Of a stretch of DNA of 64,000 nucleotides, positions 26,363-38,760 are shown piece by piece. The position numbers were made by a program, and so were the translations under genes. This DNA is from Malacoraja senta (lineage: Eukaryota), in assembly GCA_038087875.1 (NCBI GenBank), contig CM075990.1, positions 11,782,001-11,846,000 of the forward strand, given 5' to 3'. Position 1 is the stretch's first letter. Every line of letters starts with the position of its first letter. Below the pieces are notes generated by a model. The model was not told where the DNA came from and made no database searches. It worked only from the letters and a program-made list of their open reading frames with translations.

Positions 26363-27993
26363 CAGTGGCTTGCAAAAGTATTCAAAGAACTTTTCCACAT
26401 TTTGTCACGTTACAACCACAAACGTAAATGTATTTTATTGGGATTTTATGTGATAGACCAACACAAAGTGGTGCATAATTGTGAAGTGGAAGGAAAATGA
26501 TACATGGTTTTCAAATTTTTTTACAAATAAAAAACTGAAAAGTGTGGCGTGCAAAAGTATTCAGCCCCCCTGAATCAATACTTTGTAGAACCATCTTTCG
26601 CTGCAATTACAGCTGCAAGTCTTTTGGGGTATGTCTCTACCAGCTTTGCACATCTAGAGACTGAAATTTTTGCCCATTCTTCTTTGCAAAAGAGCTCAAG
26701 CTCAGTCAGATTGGATGGAGAGCATCTGTGAACAGCAATTTTCAAGTCTTGCCAGAGATTCTCAATTGGATTTAGGTCTGGACTTTGACTGGGCCATTCT
26801 AACACATGAATATGCTTTGATCTAAACCATTCCATTGTAGCTCTGGCTGTATGTTTAGGGTCGTTGCCCTGCTGGAAGGTGAACCTCCGCCCCAGTCTCA
26901 AGTCTTTTGCAGACTCTAACAGGTTTTCTTCCAAGATTGCCCTGTATTTGGCTCCATCCATCTTCCCATCAACTCTGACCAGCTTCCCTGTCCCTGCTGA
27001 AGAAAAGCACCCCCACAGCATGATGCTGCCACCACCATGTTTCACAGTGGGGATGGTGTGTTCAGGGTGATGTGCAGTGTTAATTTTCCGCCACACATAG
27101 CGTTTTGCATTTAGGCCAAAAACTTCAATTTTGGTATCATCTGACCAGAGCACCTGCCTCCACATGTTTGCTGTGTCCCCCATATGGCTTGAGGCAAACT
27201 GCAAACGGGACTTCTTATGGCTTTTTTTCAACAATGGCTTTCTTCTTGCCACTCTTCCATAAAGGCCCGATTTGTGGAGTGCACGACTAATAGTTGTCCT
27301 ATGGACAGATTCTCCCACCTGAGCTGTGGATCTCTGCAGCTCCACCAGAGTTACCATGGGCCTCTTGGCTGCTTCTCTGATCAATGCTCTCCTTGCCCGG
27401 CCTGTCAGTTTAGGTGGACGGCCATGTCTTGGTAGGTTTGCAATTGTGCCATACTCTTTCCATTTTCGGATGATGGATTGAACAGTGCTCCGTGAGATGT
27501 TCAAAGCTTGGGATATTTTTTTATAACCTAACCCTGCTTTAAACTTCACCACAACTTTATCCCTGACCTGTCTGGTGTTTTCTTTGGGTTTCATGATGCT
27601 GTTTGTTCACTAATGTTCTCTAACAAACCTCTGAGGCCTTCACAGAACAGAGATTAGATTACCTCTGAGGCCTTCACAGTACTGAGATTAGATTACACAC
27701 AAGTGGACTCTATTTACTAATTAGGTGACTTCTGAAGGCAATTGGTTGCACTGGATTTTATTTCGGGGTATCAGAGTAAAGGGGGCTGAATACTTTTGCA
27801 CGCCACACTTTTCAGTTTTTTATTTGTAAAAAAATTTGAAAAACATGTATCATTTTCCTTCCACTTCACAATTATGCGCCACTTTGTGTTGGTCTATCAC
27901 ATAAAATCCCAATAAAATACATTTACGTTTGTGGTTGTAACGTGACAAAATGTGGAAAAGTTCAAGGGGTATGAATACTTTTGCAAGCCACTG
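26363..27993 (-). mobile_element. Full-length Tc1-family (IR/DR type, Passport-like) DNA transposon
   Basis: TA at both sides (26361-62, 27994-95). ~210 bp inverted terminal repeats starting CAGTGGCTTGCAAAAGTATTCA, each with an inner direct repeat (GCAAAAGTATTCAGCCCCC). Contains a transposase ORF. Confidence 0.96.
26575..27594 (-). CDS. Tc1 transposase, 339 aa, DD34E type, second catalytic Asp changed to Gly
   Basis: Uninterrupted ORF with paired-like HTH region, GRPPK, WSD, FQQGNDPKH (normally FQQDNDPKH) and SPDLNPIE. There are 34 residues between the second-D position and E. Confidence 0.92.
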   Translation of the reverse strand: MKPKENTRQVRDKVVVKFKAGLGYKKISQALNISRSTVQSIIRKWKEYGTIANLPRHGRPPKLTGRARRALIREAAKRPMVTLVELQRSTAQVGESVHRTTISRALHKSGLYGRVARRKPLLKKSHKKSRLQFASSHMGDTANMWRQVLWSDDTKIEVFGLNAKRYVWRKINTAHHPEHTIPTVKHGGGSIMLWGCFSSAGTGKLVRVDGKMDGAKYRAILEENLLESAKDLRLGRRFTFQQGNDPKHTARATMEWFRSKHIHVLEWPSQSPDLNPIENLWQDLKIAVHRCSPSNLTELELFCKEEWAKISVSRCAKLVETYPKRLAAVIAAKDGSTKY

Positions 27994-29102
27994 TATGTCG
28001 TGAGAAAGTACGAGAAAAATAAACTAGTCTTAGAGTCATCGATTCATACAGCACAGAATCAGGCCCTTTGGCAATAGATGAATATCTACATATAAGTTTA
28101 ATAATTCAGAAACTTGGTGTGCAGATCAATATCAAATGTGATTGGTGTCTCCAACCCATTCTCATCCCCTTCAGAATAAGGGCCCTTTCCAACTGGTATT
28201 CTCAATTTAGTTTAGTTTAGAGATACAGAGTGGAATCAGGCCTTTCATCCCATCGAGTCTGTGCCAACCAGCGATCTCCATACACTAGCACTATCCCACA
28301 CACTAGGGACAATTTACAATTTTTACCAAAGCCAATTAACCTCCAAACCTCAATGTCTTTGGAGAGAGAGAGGAAAAATTACAGAGTTGTCATATAAAGT
28401 TGCTTATACTGTAAATATTTGGAAGTGAGTTGATGGGAGTGTGGGAGAATGAAGCGCGATGAATGTAAATAGGTTCTTGATGGTGAGTGGAGACTCGGTA
28501 GGCTGAAGGTCCTGTTTCTGTGCTGTATGAATCTATGATTTGTGGATCTATGAATGGAACCGGAGAAAACCTATGCGGTCACGGGGAGAACGTACAAACT
28601 TCGCAAGGACAGCACCCGTAGTCAGGATCGAACCCGGGTCTCTGGCGTGTAAGGCAGCAACTCTACCGCTGCGCCACCCGCTTGCAACATTTAAAAGGCA
28701 ATTGGAAATTGGTAGACGAAATGTGACGGAAGGAACTGCAGATGCTGGTTTAAACCGAAGATAGATACAAAATGTTGGAGTAACAGGCAGCATCTCTGGA
28801 GAGAAGGAATGGGTGACGTTTCGGGTCGAGACCCTTCTTCAGACCATCTGACGAAGGGTCTTGACTGGAAACTGGTAGAGGCAGGTACAATTACAAAGTT
28901 TAAAAGGCAATTGGACAGATGAAAGGATAGGATAGGAAAGGTTTAGAAGGATATGTACCACATGCAGGCAAATGTGAGTAGCTCAGTGTGGCACCTTGGT
29001 TGGCATGGATGAGTTTGGCCGAGGAGTCTGTTTCTGTGGACTCTAGCTCCACGACTATGTCACAGCCCTGTAATTTTGTACGTTCCCAGAAGAAAGATAT
29101 GG

Positions 29103-29503
29103 GCAAAGGTCCTATAGCGGAGCAAGATAGACCACTCCTGCTAAATGCAATGGGCTGACGTGTAGTACGCAACGGAGCGGAACGTGGTCCTTTTTTTCAT
29201 CCATTTCCGAAACCGGACCCGACCCGACCCGACTCGCAGTGTAATCAACGTTGCGGGGGAACAGTTTGTGTTAATAAATTATAATTCTGAAAATGAGGAG
29301 AAGATTTTTCCCAAATAACTTTTATTTTTACGAGGATGTTTCCGTAACCGGCTTCCGTCTCCGCACTACTATCCTATGGGATCTTTGGTGCGGAGACGGA
29401 AGCCGGTTACGGAAATGGGGCCGAAATTACCCATGAATCTGCCCATGACCGTACTACGTCTTTTTCGTCGAGTGATCTGTCTTGCTCGCTATAGGATCTT
29501 TGG
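29103..29503. mobile_element. Unclassified MITE with ~34 bp TIRs and an internal perfect hairpin
   Basis: GCAAAGGTCCTATAGCGGAGCAAGATAGACCACTC mirrors GAGTGATCTGTCTTGCTCGCTATAGGATCTTTGG; possible 6-bp TSD ATATGG/ATATTG. Confidence 0.72.
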
Positions 29504-30864
29504 ATATTGAATTGAATGCTATTTATTGTCATTCAAGCCTAGGCTTGAACGAAATATCAGTACTACATATATAATATAATATGGGTACGCAAAGATAAAA
29601 CTTGATTTATCGAGTCACTCGGAGCCAGTGATCATAATTGTAAACAGCTGGAACTGCTGACTGTAACCCTCGGAAGACTGCGAAAAGTCCCAAATAATTA
29701 AAGTGGGATTTGACTTGTTCAGGCACAGACTGAGTTCTGCTCCTCGGCCACCATTTAGAACTGCACAGCAGCGTGATCTCTTCACACAAGCGAGGACCCA
29801 AGCGACCGGGGGAAAGCATGGGATTTCTGCGTGCAACCCCCCGCTGAAGAATCCTGGGAAGCAAAAGACCCTCGGGGGCTGATTGTCCAAAGATTGATTC
29901 CAGGTTCCCAGGAAACCACATGTTGTTGCGAGACTCTGCACGCAACCCAGCCCAAATGTTCCAGCTCATGATTTGGGCGGGTCATGGGCGTTGTTGACGT
30001 CAAAATAGTTCCTGGGAAACACACAGAGCAGAACATAATTTGGGGGTGAGAAGAAAAAAAAAGACACGCAGTGCGGGAGTATCTCAGTGCGTCAGGCAGC
30101 AACTCTGGAGAACATGGATAGGTCACAATTCAGGCCGGGGCCCTTCTTCAGACTGATTGTAGGTGGGGAGGGAGGGGAAGAAAGCTGGAATATATTATCC
30201 AATGTTACGTAAATACATAATCTTCCTCCTCTCTTCTCCACCAATATACCCCTCCCCAACTTCCCCCCACCACCGCCCCGTGCCCAACCCAGCACTCGCA
30301 CCTATTCCTCCCCTCCCCCATGGGCCCTCTCCACCTACATTCCTTCCTCCAGCTTCACAATTTGAAACTCTTCAATCCTTTTTCCGGACACCTTCTGACT
30401 TTTCATCATTGGCCTATCATACAACCCTCTGCACCTGTATCAACCTATAACCTGCCAGGCTTTATCCCAAGCCTCATCTCTTCTAGACCCACCCCCCACT
30501 GTCCGACATCTCACCCAAAAGGCGGATGCGTTTAAACCAAGCCATGTTGGTGAGGCTTCAGTCTGTATTGTAAGCCTTGTCGGGACACGGCTGGCCCAAG
30601 ATAGCCATCATATTTGCAAAAATCACTGCAGCCTAAGCACTCCGAGGTCAGTTCACCTTGTGAAGTACAGGTTGAAGACTGAAGGTCAGACACCAGGGCT
30701 CCCTCCACCCTCCCGTGCCCCCCCCCCCCCCCCGCACAATCAGTCACAACAAGGGTCCCAATCCAAGATGGCAGCTATCCATGCTTTCCAGAGATGCTGC
30801 TCGCCCCACTGAGTTATTCCAGTACTCTTTTTTAAATTCATTATCCTATATTGGCCCCTGCTGC

Positions 30865-31180
30865 GGTGTGGCGATGTGGTTTCCTAACTAGACTAGCAGC
30901 AGAATTCTGGAACATTGACCGAGAGACCCAAGTTCGAATCCCACCATTACAACTATGGAATTTAAATTCAAGTGATTAAAAACATTTGGAATTTAAAATA
31001 GAAAACTCGAGCTGGTAATGTCAGCTATGGAACAACTAGATTGTGTTTAAATTCCTTCAGGTTCACTGACTGCTGACAAAACCAAATGACCTCCAGAGTC
31101 CTAATGTCATTGACTATAATATCTGCTCAATCTGGAGGTAACCAGGAATAGATACTTAGCGCTGGCACATTCCCTGAATA
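30865..31180 (+). mobile_element. Old degraded tRNA-SINE-like repeat (related piece at 4020-4370)
   Basis: B-box GTTCGAATCCC; shares ..GGAATTTAAAA.. and downstream motifs with 4020-4370. Confidence 0.45.
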
Positions 31181-32413
31181 TTTAGTTTAAATTCTCCGAA
31201 GGGCAGCGTTAGAGTTACTGCTTAACAGCGCCAGAGTCCTGGGTTCGATCCTGACTACGGGGTGCTGTCCGTACAGAGTTTGTACGCCCTCCCCGTGAGC
31301 TGCGTGGGTTTTTTCCCCCAAGATCTGCGGTTTCCTCCCACACTCCAAAGACCTGCAGGTTTGTGGGTTAATTGGCTTGGTATGAATGCCAATTTTTCTT
31401 AACTGTGTGTAGGGCAGTGTTAGTGTGCGGGGATCGCTGGTCGGTGCAGACTCGGTGGGCCGAAGGGCCTGTTTCCGCATTTATATCTCTGAAGTAAACT
31501 AAAAGCTTGGTGTCGCCCGGTTTTCTTTCTGCAACCTCCCACCATTGCTTGTGGGGTGAAGGGAACAGAAGGGCTGAAAAGGGAGGGGGTCTGAGATACT
31601 CATGGTCACTCCAGTTCTTTCGAGCTCCAAGTTGACGTGTCCTCTGAATGGTTCTCAAGCTTGGCACATGCTTTGGCAGTGAGGGAATCAAATATTTACG
31701 AGCTGCAGCACCCTGCATAAACTGTGCATTGATGTGATACTGGCCTCACATTGCACTGTGTACTGAAGGACATTGAGTTTTGTTATAAATGTGATATGGA
31801 CATAAACACGGCAGAGCCAGACAGCCTGGTTCCACCATCCAGTCTAATTTTGTTCAACTCGCAATGTAAATAAGGGTCTAACTTAACAGCGACAGCCCTG
31901 AGAATACACAGGAAGCCATGGAAATCTAAGATAAATAGGAATAATTTACAGCAAGCAGTTGGACACTTCTCAATATATGTTGGATATATATCACTGCCGG
32001 TTTCTGTAGCCACAGTTTTTGGCCAAGTTCCACTTTGAATAGATGCCGTGGTGTAGCATTTCAGTTATTCCGCAGTGAGAGTGAAGTAGAACATTTTTTG
32101 TGGGGGTTCTTCTGAAAGAAAATATTGTATTAATATCACGTTAGTCAGGATCTCTGTGCATTCCAGAGGACTTTGCTGAAGTGAAATACTGCAGCCAAGT
32201 TGCACACAGCGTGGTAATATAAATAGTCGTGATAGCAACAGATAAGCTCTGATTGTGATCGGTCTTATCCAGGGCATAGAAGCTCAATTGCTCAACTCTT
32301 CCACGAATCCTCTTGAACCCACCAAGACAAGCTGGCAATGCCTTAGGTTTCTGAAGAAGGGTCTCGACCTGAAACGTCACCTATCCATAGATAGACACCA
32401 AAAGCTGGAGTAA

Positions 32414-32589
32414 AGCTTGGGCGTCATTTGCATGTCATTTACGTGACATCATTTAAGCGTCACGACGGTGCGTGTTGATGTAGGCAGTGACGCGCAGTCG
32501 CGCACAGCGCCCCAGGATTTTGGGATTCACCAAATCTTCGCTGCGCCACCTGCGTGACGCGCAAATGACACCCAAGTGGGACAGGCCCT
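32414..32589. mobile_element. PIF/Harbinger-type MITE (subfamily B), left TIR partly deleted
   Basis: Right TIR intact, TAA on both sides, interrupts gctggagTAA..tcagcggg of a Penelope-like repeat. Confidence 0.75.
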
Positions 32590-32840
32590 TAAGTCAGCGG
32601 GTCAGACAGCATCTCTGGAGCAAAGGAATAGGTGACGTTTCGGGTCGAGACCCTTCCTCAGACTGAGAGTCAGGGGAAAGGGAAACGAGAGATATAGACG
32701 GTGATAGAGAACAAATGAATGAAAGATATGCAAGAAAACTAACGATGACAAAGGAAACAGGCTGTGGGCTAGGTGAAAACGAGTTACCGACAATGAGACT
32801 CAACAAGACTTGGTGCAGCATTTAACAATCAAACACTGTT

Positions 32841-32894
32841 GGCTCATGGTGATTCAGGCTCATGGTGATTCAGGCTCATGGTGATTCAGGCTCA
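32841..32894. repeat. 16-bp tandem repeat GGCTCATGGTGATTCA, three copies plus a partial
   Basis: Read directly from the sequence. Confidence 0.92.
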
Positions 32895-34210
32895 GGGTGT
32901 GGTAGGGTGTTTAAATCCTGGTGTTTAGCCTCTGTCTTCCAGATTAGTAATTGCTATCTGCACAAGAGCGAACAAGTTCTGCAATTTGGGTTTTCTTTTG
33001 ACAGAACAAGGGGAGGAGAAGAAAGCAAGCTGGTGTAAGTGTCAATTATTCACATCGCTTCAGCAGAGAAGGTTCTTCACAGATCAGAAGGGAAAAATTC
33101 TATGTTGTTGGTTGCTTCTTCAAACCTTTTCAATTTCAGTCTGAGCCTCTCGGGAAACATTAGGTAACGTAGTTTCTTGAATACAATGTTCCAACCGACC
33201 TTGCAGTCTGAAGAAGGGTCTCGACCCGAAACGTCACCCATTGCTTCTCTCCAGAGATGGTGCCTGTCCCGCTGAGTTACTCCAGCATTTTGTGTCTACC
33301 TTACAGTCCCTCACTCCATTCTGAAGCCAATGAGCAAGGATGAATGAACAATGCAAAACTAAGTGAAGATAGAGGGGAAATGTGATTGAAAGATGTCATT
33401 TCACTGAGGACATGATGCATTAATTCAGTGATTGCAGATGAAGGGACAAAGGGAGCTATTCCTGGGTATTGTGAATACAAGGAACTGCAGATGCTGGTCT
33501 ACAAGAAAAGACACAGTGCCGGAGTAACTCAGCAGGACAGGCAGCATCACTGGAGAAGGTGGATAGGTGGCGTTTCAGGACAGAACCCTTCTTCAGGTTG
33601 CGGTTGGGGGTGAGAAAGGTGTCCAAATGGTTGGACAAAGGCCAGAGATGAAAAGACGATATGTGAGATAAGGAGATAAAGACAGTAAAGAGACACATTG
33701 TGCGTGGGCAAGTGCTGTAGAAACACACGTGGCTGTGGTAGCAAAACCGGATCAGAACATGGTTGAAGAGCAGCAGGAATTTCAGACGGCGGTCTTCTGG
33801 CTGGTGCTCCATTGATTGGTGGCCATCGGAAAACCACAGCATTTGTAGTGTTTTTTTTCATGTTTAATGTCTCGTGAAAAGTCTTAATTTCTGCTAACGC
33901 TTAATGGGTGAATGTACAGAATCTTTTATCCAGGGTTGGGGAGTAAAAAAAGACAGAACATAGGTTTAAACCGAGGGGGAGTAGTAGTGGGAAGACCTGA
34001 GGAGCAACCTTTGTCATAAATGTTGGTAAATGGAAGTAATTGAGGCAGGTGCAATAGCAACATTTAAAAGACTTGGACAGGAACCCAAATAGGAAAGGAT
34101 TGGCGAGATATGAACCATATGTGGGCAAATTGGACTAGCATGGCTGGTATATGTTGGTAGGCATGGACAAGTTGGGCTGAAGGGCTTGTTTCTGTGCTGC
34201 ATGATCCTAA

Positions 34211-34752
34211 AGGGCCAGTCCAACTTGGGTGACCTAATCCGCGAGTTCTGGCGAGTTTGCCCTTGACTCATACTCGCAGCATGGTCGACACGAGGTCCTA
34301 GGAGGTCTTCGTAACTCTTCTTCATGCTCGAGAGTGGTCTCCGCGTACTCGAGGCCTCAGCTAGGTCGCGGCGTATTTTTCAATATGTAAAAAAATGCCC
34401 GCGAGTAAAAAAAGGTCGCCATGGAAAAAATTGATACTTTTTTTACTCGTGGGTATAGTCGTAGTAGGTCGTAGTAGGTCGGCATGTTAGTTGTAGGTAA
34501 TCGAGGGTAGTCGAAGGTAGTCGTAGATAGTCTTCATCATAGTCGAAGGGAGGTCGAAGGAGGTCGTCTTCATTCTCCACTATTCGGTGTCGTATTTTCC
34601 CGAAGTTAGTCGTAGCTAGTCGTAGCTGGTCTTCATCATAGTCGAAGGAGGTCGAAGCTGGTCTTCTACATAGTCGAAGGAGGTCTTCAACATGTCATTT
34701 TTTAAAACTCTTCGAAACTCGCCAATTAGGTCGCCCAAGTGGGACAGCCCCA
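34211..34752. mobile_element. PIF/Harbinger-type MITE (subfamily C)
   Basis: Degenerate TIRs of the same type, TAA on both sides; interior is the reverse complement of 44654-45084 with extra GTCGTAG/GTCGAAG repeats. Confidence 0.8.
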
Positions 34753-36339
34753 TAAGTCTCCATAAAATAGCCACTACTAAATTTGAAAAGCATTTCAGGA
34801 GCAACACTGTTATTCAGATAATGTCGACACGCTCTCATGATAATTGTTGAGCTTCTAGGGTGAATTAGAGTAGGATGTAAACACGGGTATAAACCATTTA
34901 AACAGAGCGGCTGTTTCCGTGCTCAGTCCAAGTAAAGGTGAAGCCACCAAATACGGTTCATTGCAATAGAGAGATGCAGTGGTTCAGCGGTGTGTGAATT
35001 AGTAAAGCATTCCTCTTTACTTGGGTGTTAGTTCCTTTCCCATGTTCAAGTTGTGATAGATTTGAATTGATTCTGACATTGACCGAACAATAACCTTGAT
35101 ATTATCACAGTCAGGAAAGATGACTCTAAAGCAGCCTGAATTGGTTCTGCCCTTACAGGTCAATTTGGAATCAGTTTCTGACTGAGATGCACTCTGGAAA
35201 TGTCACATGGAAACTGGATAGCGACAGTAGACATAAACATAGACATCGAACAGCACAACACAGGAACAGGCCCTTTGGCCCTCAATGTCGGTGCCGAACA
35301 TGATGCCAAGATGACTAATCACATCTTCCTGCATGTGCATCCTCAATTCTCTGCAGAACCATATGCTGCCTAAAAGCCTCTTAATCACCACCATAGTTTA
35401 GTTTAGAGATACAGTGCGGTAACAGGCCCTTTGGTCCACAGAGTCCACGCCAACCAGCAATCACCGCACACTAACACTATCCTCCACGCACGAGGGACAA
35501 TTTACAATTTTACCAAACCAGATAACCGACAAACCTGTATGTCTTTGGAGTGTGGGAGGCAACTGGAGCACCCGGTGAAAACCCACGCAGGTCACAGGGA
35601 GAACGTTCAAACTCTGTACGGACAGCACCCGTAGTTGGGATCGAACCCGGGCCTCTGGCGCTATAAAGCAGCAACTCTACCGCTGTGCCACCGCGTATGC
35701 AAGAGCAGGAAACAGGCATTGTATCTGCCTCCACCACCAACCTTGGCAGCTCGTTCTGGGCACCCAACTCCATCTATGTTTAAAACAAAATGTGAAGTGC
35801 ATATCTCCTTTAAACTTAGCCCCACTCACCTTTAAACTCTGCCATCCAATCTTTGGCATATCCATCCTGGGAACTTTGTTCAGACTGTCTACCCTATCTA
35901 CACCTCTCATAATTCTCTCGTCTCCCCTCAACCCCTGGCATTCCTGAGAAAACAGCGAAAGCTAGTTGGATGAAAACAAGTTGTTAGTATAAAGCAACAG
36001 AGGACTTGTAATTTAATGTGACCACCAGACGCTGTCTGAAATAACGCCAGTGTGAAGCCCGTGGAAATCAAAAGAACTGCATATGCTGGAAATCTGAAGC
36101 AAAAAAACAGAACATGCTGGAAATACTCAGCAGGTCAGCAAACATCCGTGGGAAGAGAAACAGAATCAATGTTTCCGGTTGGAGACCCTTCATCAGATAC
36201 AACATCAAAGGCTTGAAAAGCTGCAGGGAGGGTGGGGGAGGTGGGGAGGGGAGGTGGGGGGTTGATACTGATGGGCTGAAACCATACAGATGGGCTGAAA
36301 CCAGGGTGACCATGAGGACACGCTGTAAACCAGGTTATC

Positions 36340-36880
36340 TGGTCATTGAAACTTACCAAACAGTGAAAGGCCTGGATAGAGTGGATGTGGCGAGGATGTT
36401 TCCACTCGTGGGAGAGTCTAGGACCAGAGCCCACAGCCTCAGAATGAAGATGTTCCTTTCGGAAGGAGATGAGGAGGAATTTATTTAGTCAGAGGGTGGC
36501 GAATCTGTGGAATTCTTTGCCACAGAAGGCTGTAGAGGACAAGTCAGTGGATATGTTTAAGGCATTGATAGATAGATTCTTAATTAGTACGGGTGTCAGG
36601 GGTTATGAGGAGAAGGCAGGAGAATGGGGTTAAGAGGGAAAGATAGATGATCCATGATTGAATGGCGGAGTAGACTTGATGGGCCGAATGGCCTAATTCT
36701 GCTCCTTCTTCTTCTTGCGTATGGCGTGCACAGCCTAAATTTGTAGAACAACTTGTTCTATTTGATCTTATTTGATTGTACACACCAGGTTGATTGCATT
36801 CGTCGAAACAGGTTGCAATCTCCCACCCCACGTGAAGGTTGCAATCTCCCACCCCACCTAATTCTGCTCCTATTACTTGT
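36340..36880 (+). mobile_element. CR1-clade LINE 3' fragment with nested short insertion
   Basis: IETYQTVKGLDRVDVARMFPLVGESRTR plus 3' UTR, split at 36706/36857. Further CR1 tails occur near 5140-5350, 7760-8030, 19015-19295, 23065-23270, 37290-37560, 53120-53405 and 55100-55610. Confidence 0.8.
36707..36856 (-). mobile_element. Second copy of the Vingi-like short retroelement
   Basis: Perfect 15-bp TSD CCTAATTCTGCTCCT (36692-36706 / 36857-36871); tail CGCCATACGCAAGAAGAAGA on the - strand. Confidence 0.68.
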
Positions 36881-37829
36881 GAATGTATGAGTGAATGGAA
36901 AGAGTTCGAGAACGTTAGCCCTGTTTCTCTTCCCACCGAGGAGCATTTCCAGCATCTCAGAATGGGCAAGTGAATGAGGAGAGGTGTTACTGGAGAGGCT
37001 GCCAGCTCCAGGACACAATTCTGATGTCCTGAACCTCATAACCTGTCAATATTCTGAGACCTGTTAGCAGAACCTCTCCTGCCACTTAAATAGGATGGAT
37101 GATCGATTGCTCCTTCATTTATTCATGAGCTTTAATCCAATTGACAAAGAACCTGGCAATTAATTGACTTCCTGTAACCAAGGCCCAGTAACAAGTCACA
37201 TTGAAACGGCATCTGGCTTATTAGCCTCTCCATTCACTGGCGGGGCCTGTGACATTAACCATGGGTGCTATGTGCATTGCAGTAGAAGGAGAATAAAAGG
37301 ATGTTCCTTCAGGAAGGAGATGAGGAGGGATTCCTTCAGTCAGAGGGTGGTGAATCTGTGGAGTTCTTTGCCACTGTGAAGGCTGCGGAGGCCAAGTCAG
37401 TGGATATTTTTAATGCAGAGATAGATTAGATTTGTGATTAGTCAGGGGTTATGGGGGGAAGGCAGGAGAATGGGGTTGAGGGGGAGAGTTAGATCAGCCA
37501 TGATTGAATGGCAGAGTAGACTTGATGGGCCGAATGGCCTAATTCTGCTCTTATCACATGAAATGAGAGTGGAAAACAGGCCGATTAGCCCATCGTGTTA
37601 TACTGGCACTCTAGAAAGGAGATCTCCAATTGGATTCACTTCCCTTGTTTATTTCCCATCCAACTTTTTTCCCCCTTATAATTCTTATCCAATTCCCATT
37701 TGAAAGTTGTTGAATCTGTTTCCTTCCTCTTTTATCAAATCTTGGTTTGCCACAGTGTATTTCAACTCGTGACAACTGACTATGCAACAAAATTTGTTCC
37801 TTCTCTCCTGTCTGGTTCTGTCATCTTAA

Positions 37830-38185
37830 AGGGCCTGTCCCACTTAGGCGATTTTTTTTTCGGCGACAGGCGGAAAATAGGCTGTGGCCACATGGTCGCG
37901 GGGTGACACCTGTATTGTCGTGAGTTGTCTCCTCAAGTGCTGGAACATTTTTCTTGTCGCCGATGGATTTTGAAATGTTCATAACCTTTCGGCGACAGTG
38001 GGCTTGACGTTGCCTGTCCTCTCCTGTCGTATGTTGTCGTAGGTTGTCGCCAGGATGATGCCAGGTGACGTTGGTTGTCGCCGGGTGCTGAATTCGGTGA
38101 ATTCCATTGTCGACAACCTACGTCAACCTTCGTCAACTGGCGACAGGTACCGGCGACTGAATTGTCTTCAATTGTCTTCAGTTGT
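37830..38185. mobile_element. PIF/Harbinger-type MITE (subfamily A), right end missing
   Basis: TAA + AGGGCCTGTCCCACTTAGGCG; interior shares TTCGGCGACAGTGG and TGTCGTAGGTTGTCGCCAGG with 928-1429; no right TIR seen. Confidence 0.65.
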
Positions 38186-38227
38186 ATCTTTATAAATCTG
38201 AACATTTCTGTCTGTTGGGAAGTGGCA

Positions 38228-38760
38228 TATACATAGATACATAGAAAATAGGTGCAGGAGTAGGCCATTCGGCCCTTCGAGCCTGCACCGCCATTCAATA
38301 TGATCATGGCTGATCATCCAACTCAGTATCCCGTAACTGCCTTCTCTCCATACCCCCTGATCCCTTTAGCCACAAGGGCCACATCTAACTCCCTCTTAAA
38401 TATAGCCAATGAACTGGCCTCAACTACCCTCTGTGGCAGAGAGTTCCAGAGATTCACCACTCTCTGTGTGAAAAAGTTTTTCCTCATCTCGGTCTTAAAG
38501 GATTTCCCCCTTATCCTTAAGCTGTGACCCCTTGTCCTGGACTTCCCCAACATCGGGAACAATCTTCCTGCGTCTAGCCTGTCCAACCCCATAAGAATTT
38601 TGTACGTTTCTATAAGATCCCCTCTCAATCTCCTAAATTCTAGCGAGTATAAGCCAAGTCTATCCAGTCTTTCTTCATATGAAAGTCCTGACATCCCAGG
38701 AATCAGTCTGGTGAACCTTCTCTGTACTGCCTCTATGGCTATAATGTCCTTCCTCAGATA
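38228..38760 (-). mobile_element. CR1-clade LINE 3' fragment (young)
   Basis: YLRKDIIAIEAVQRRFTRLIPGM..RVVNLWNSLP; highly similar to 6660-7180. Confidence 0.9.
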
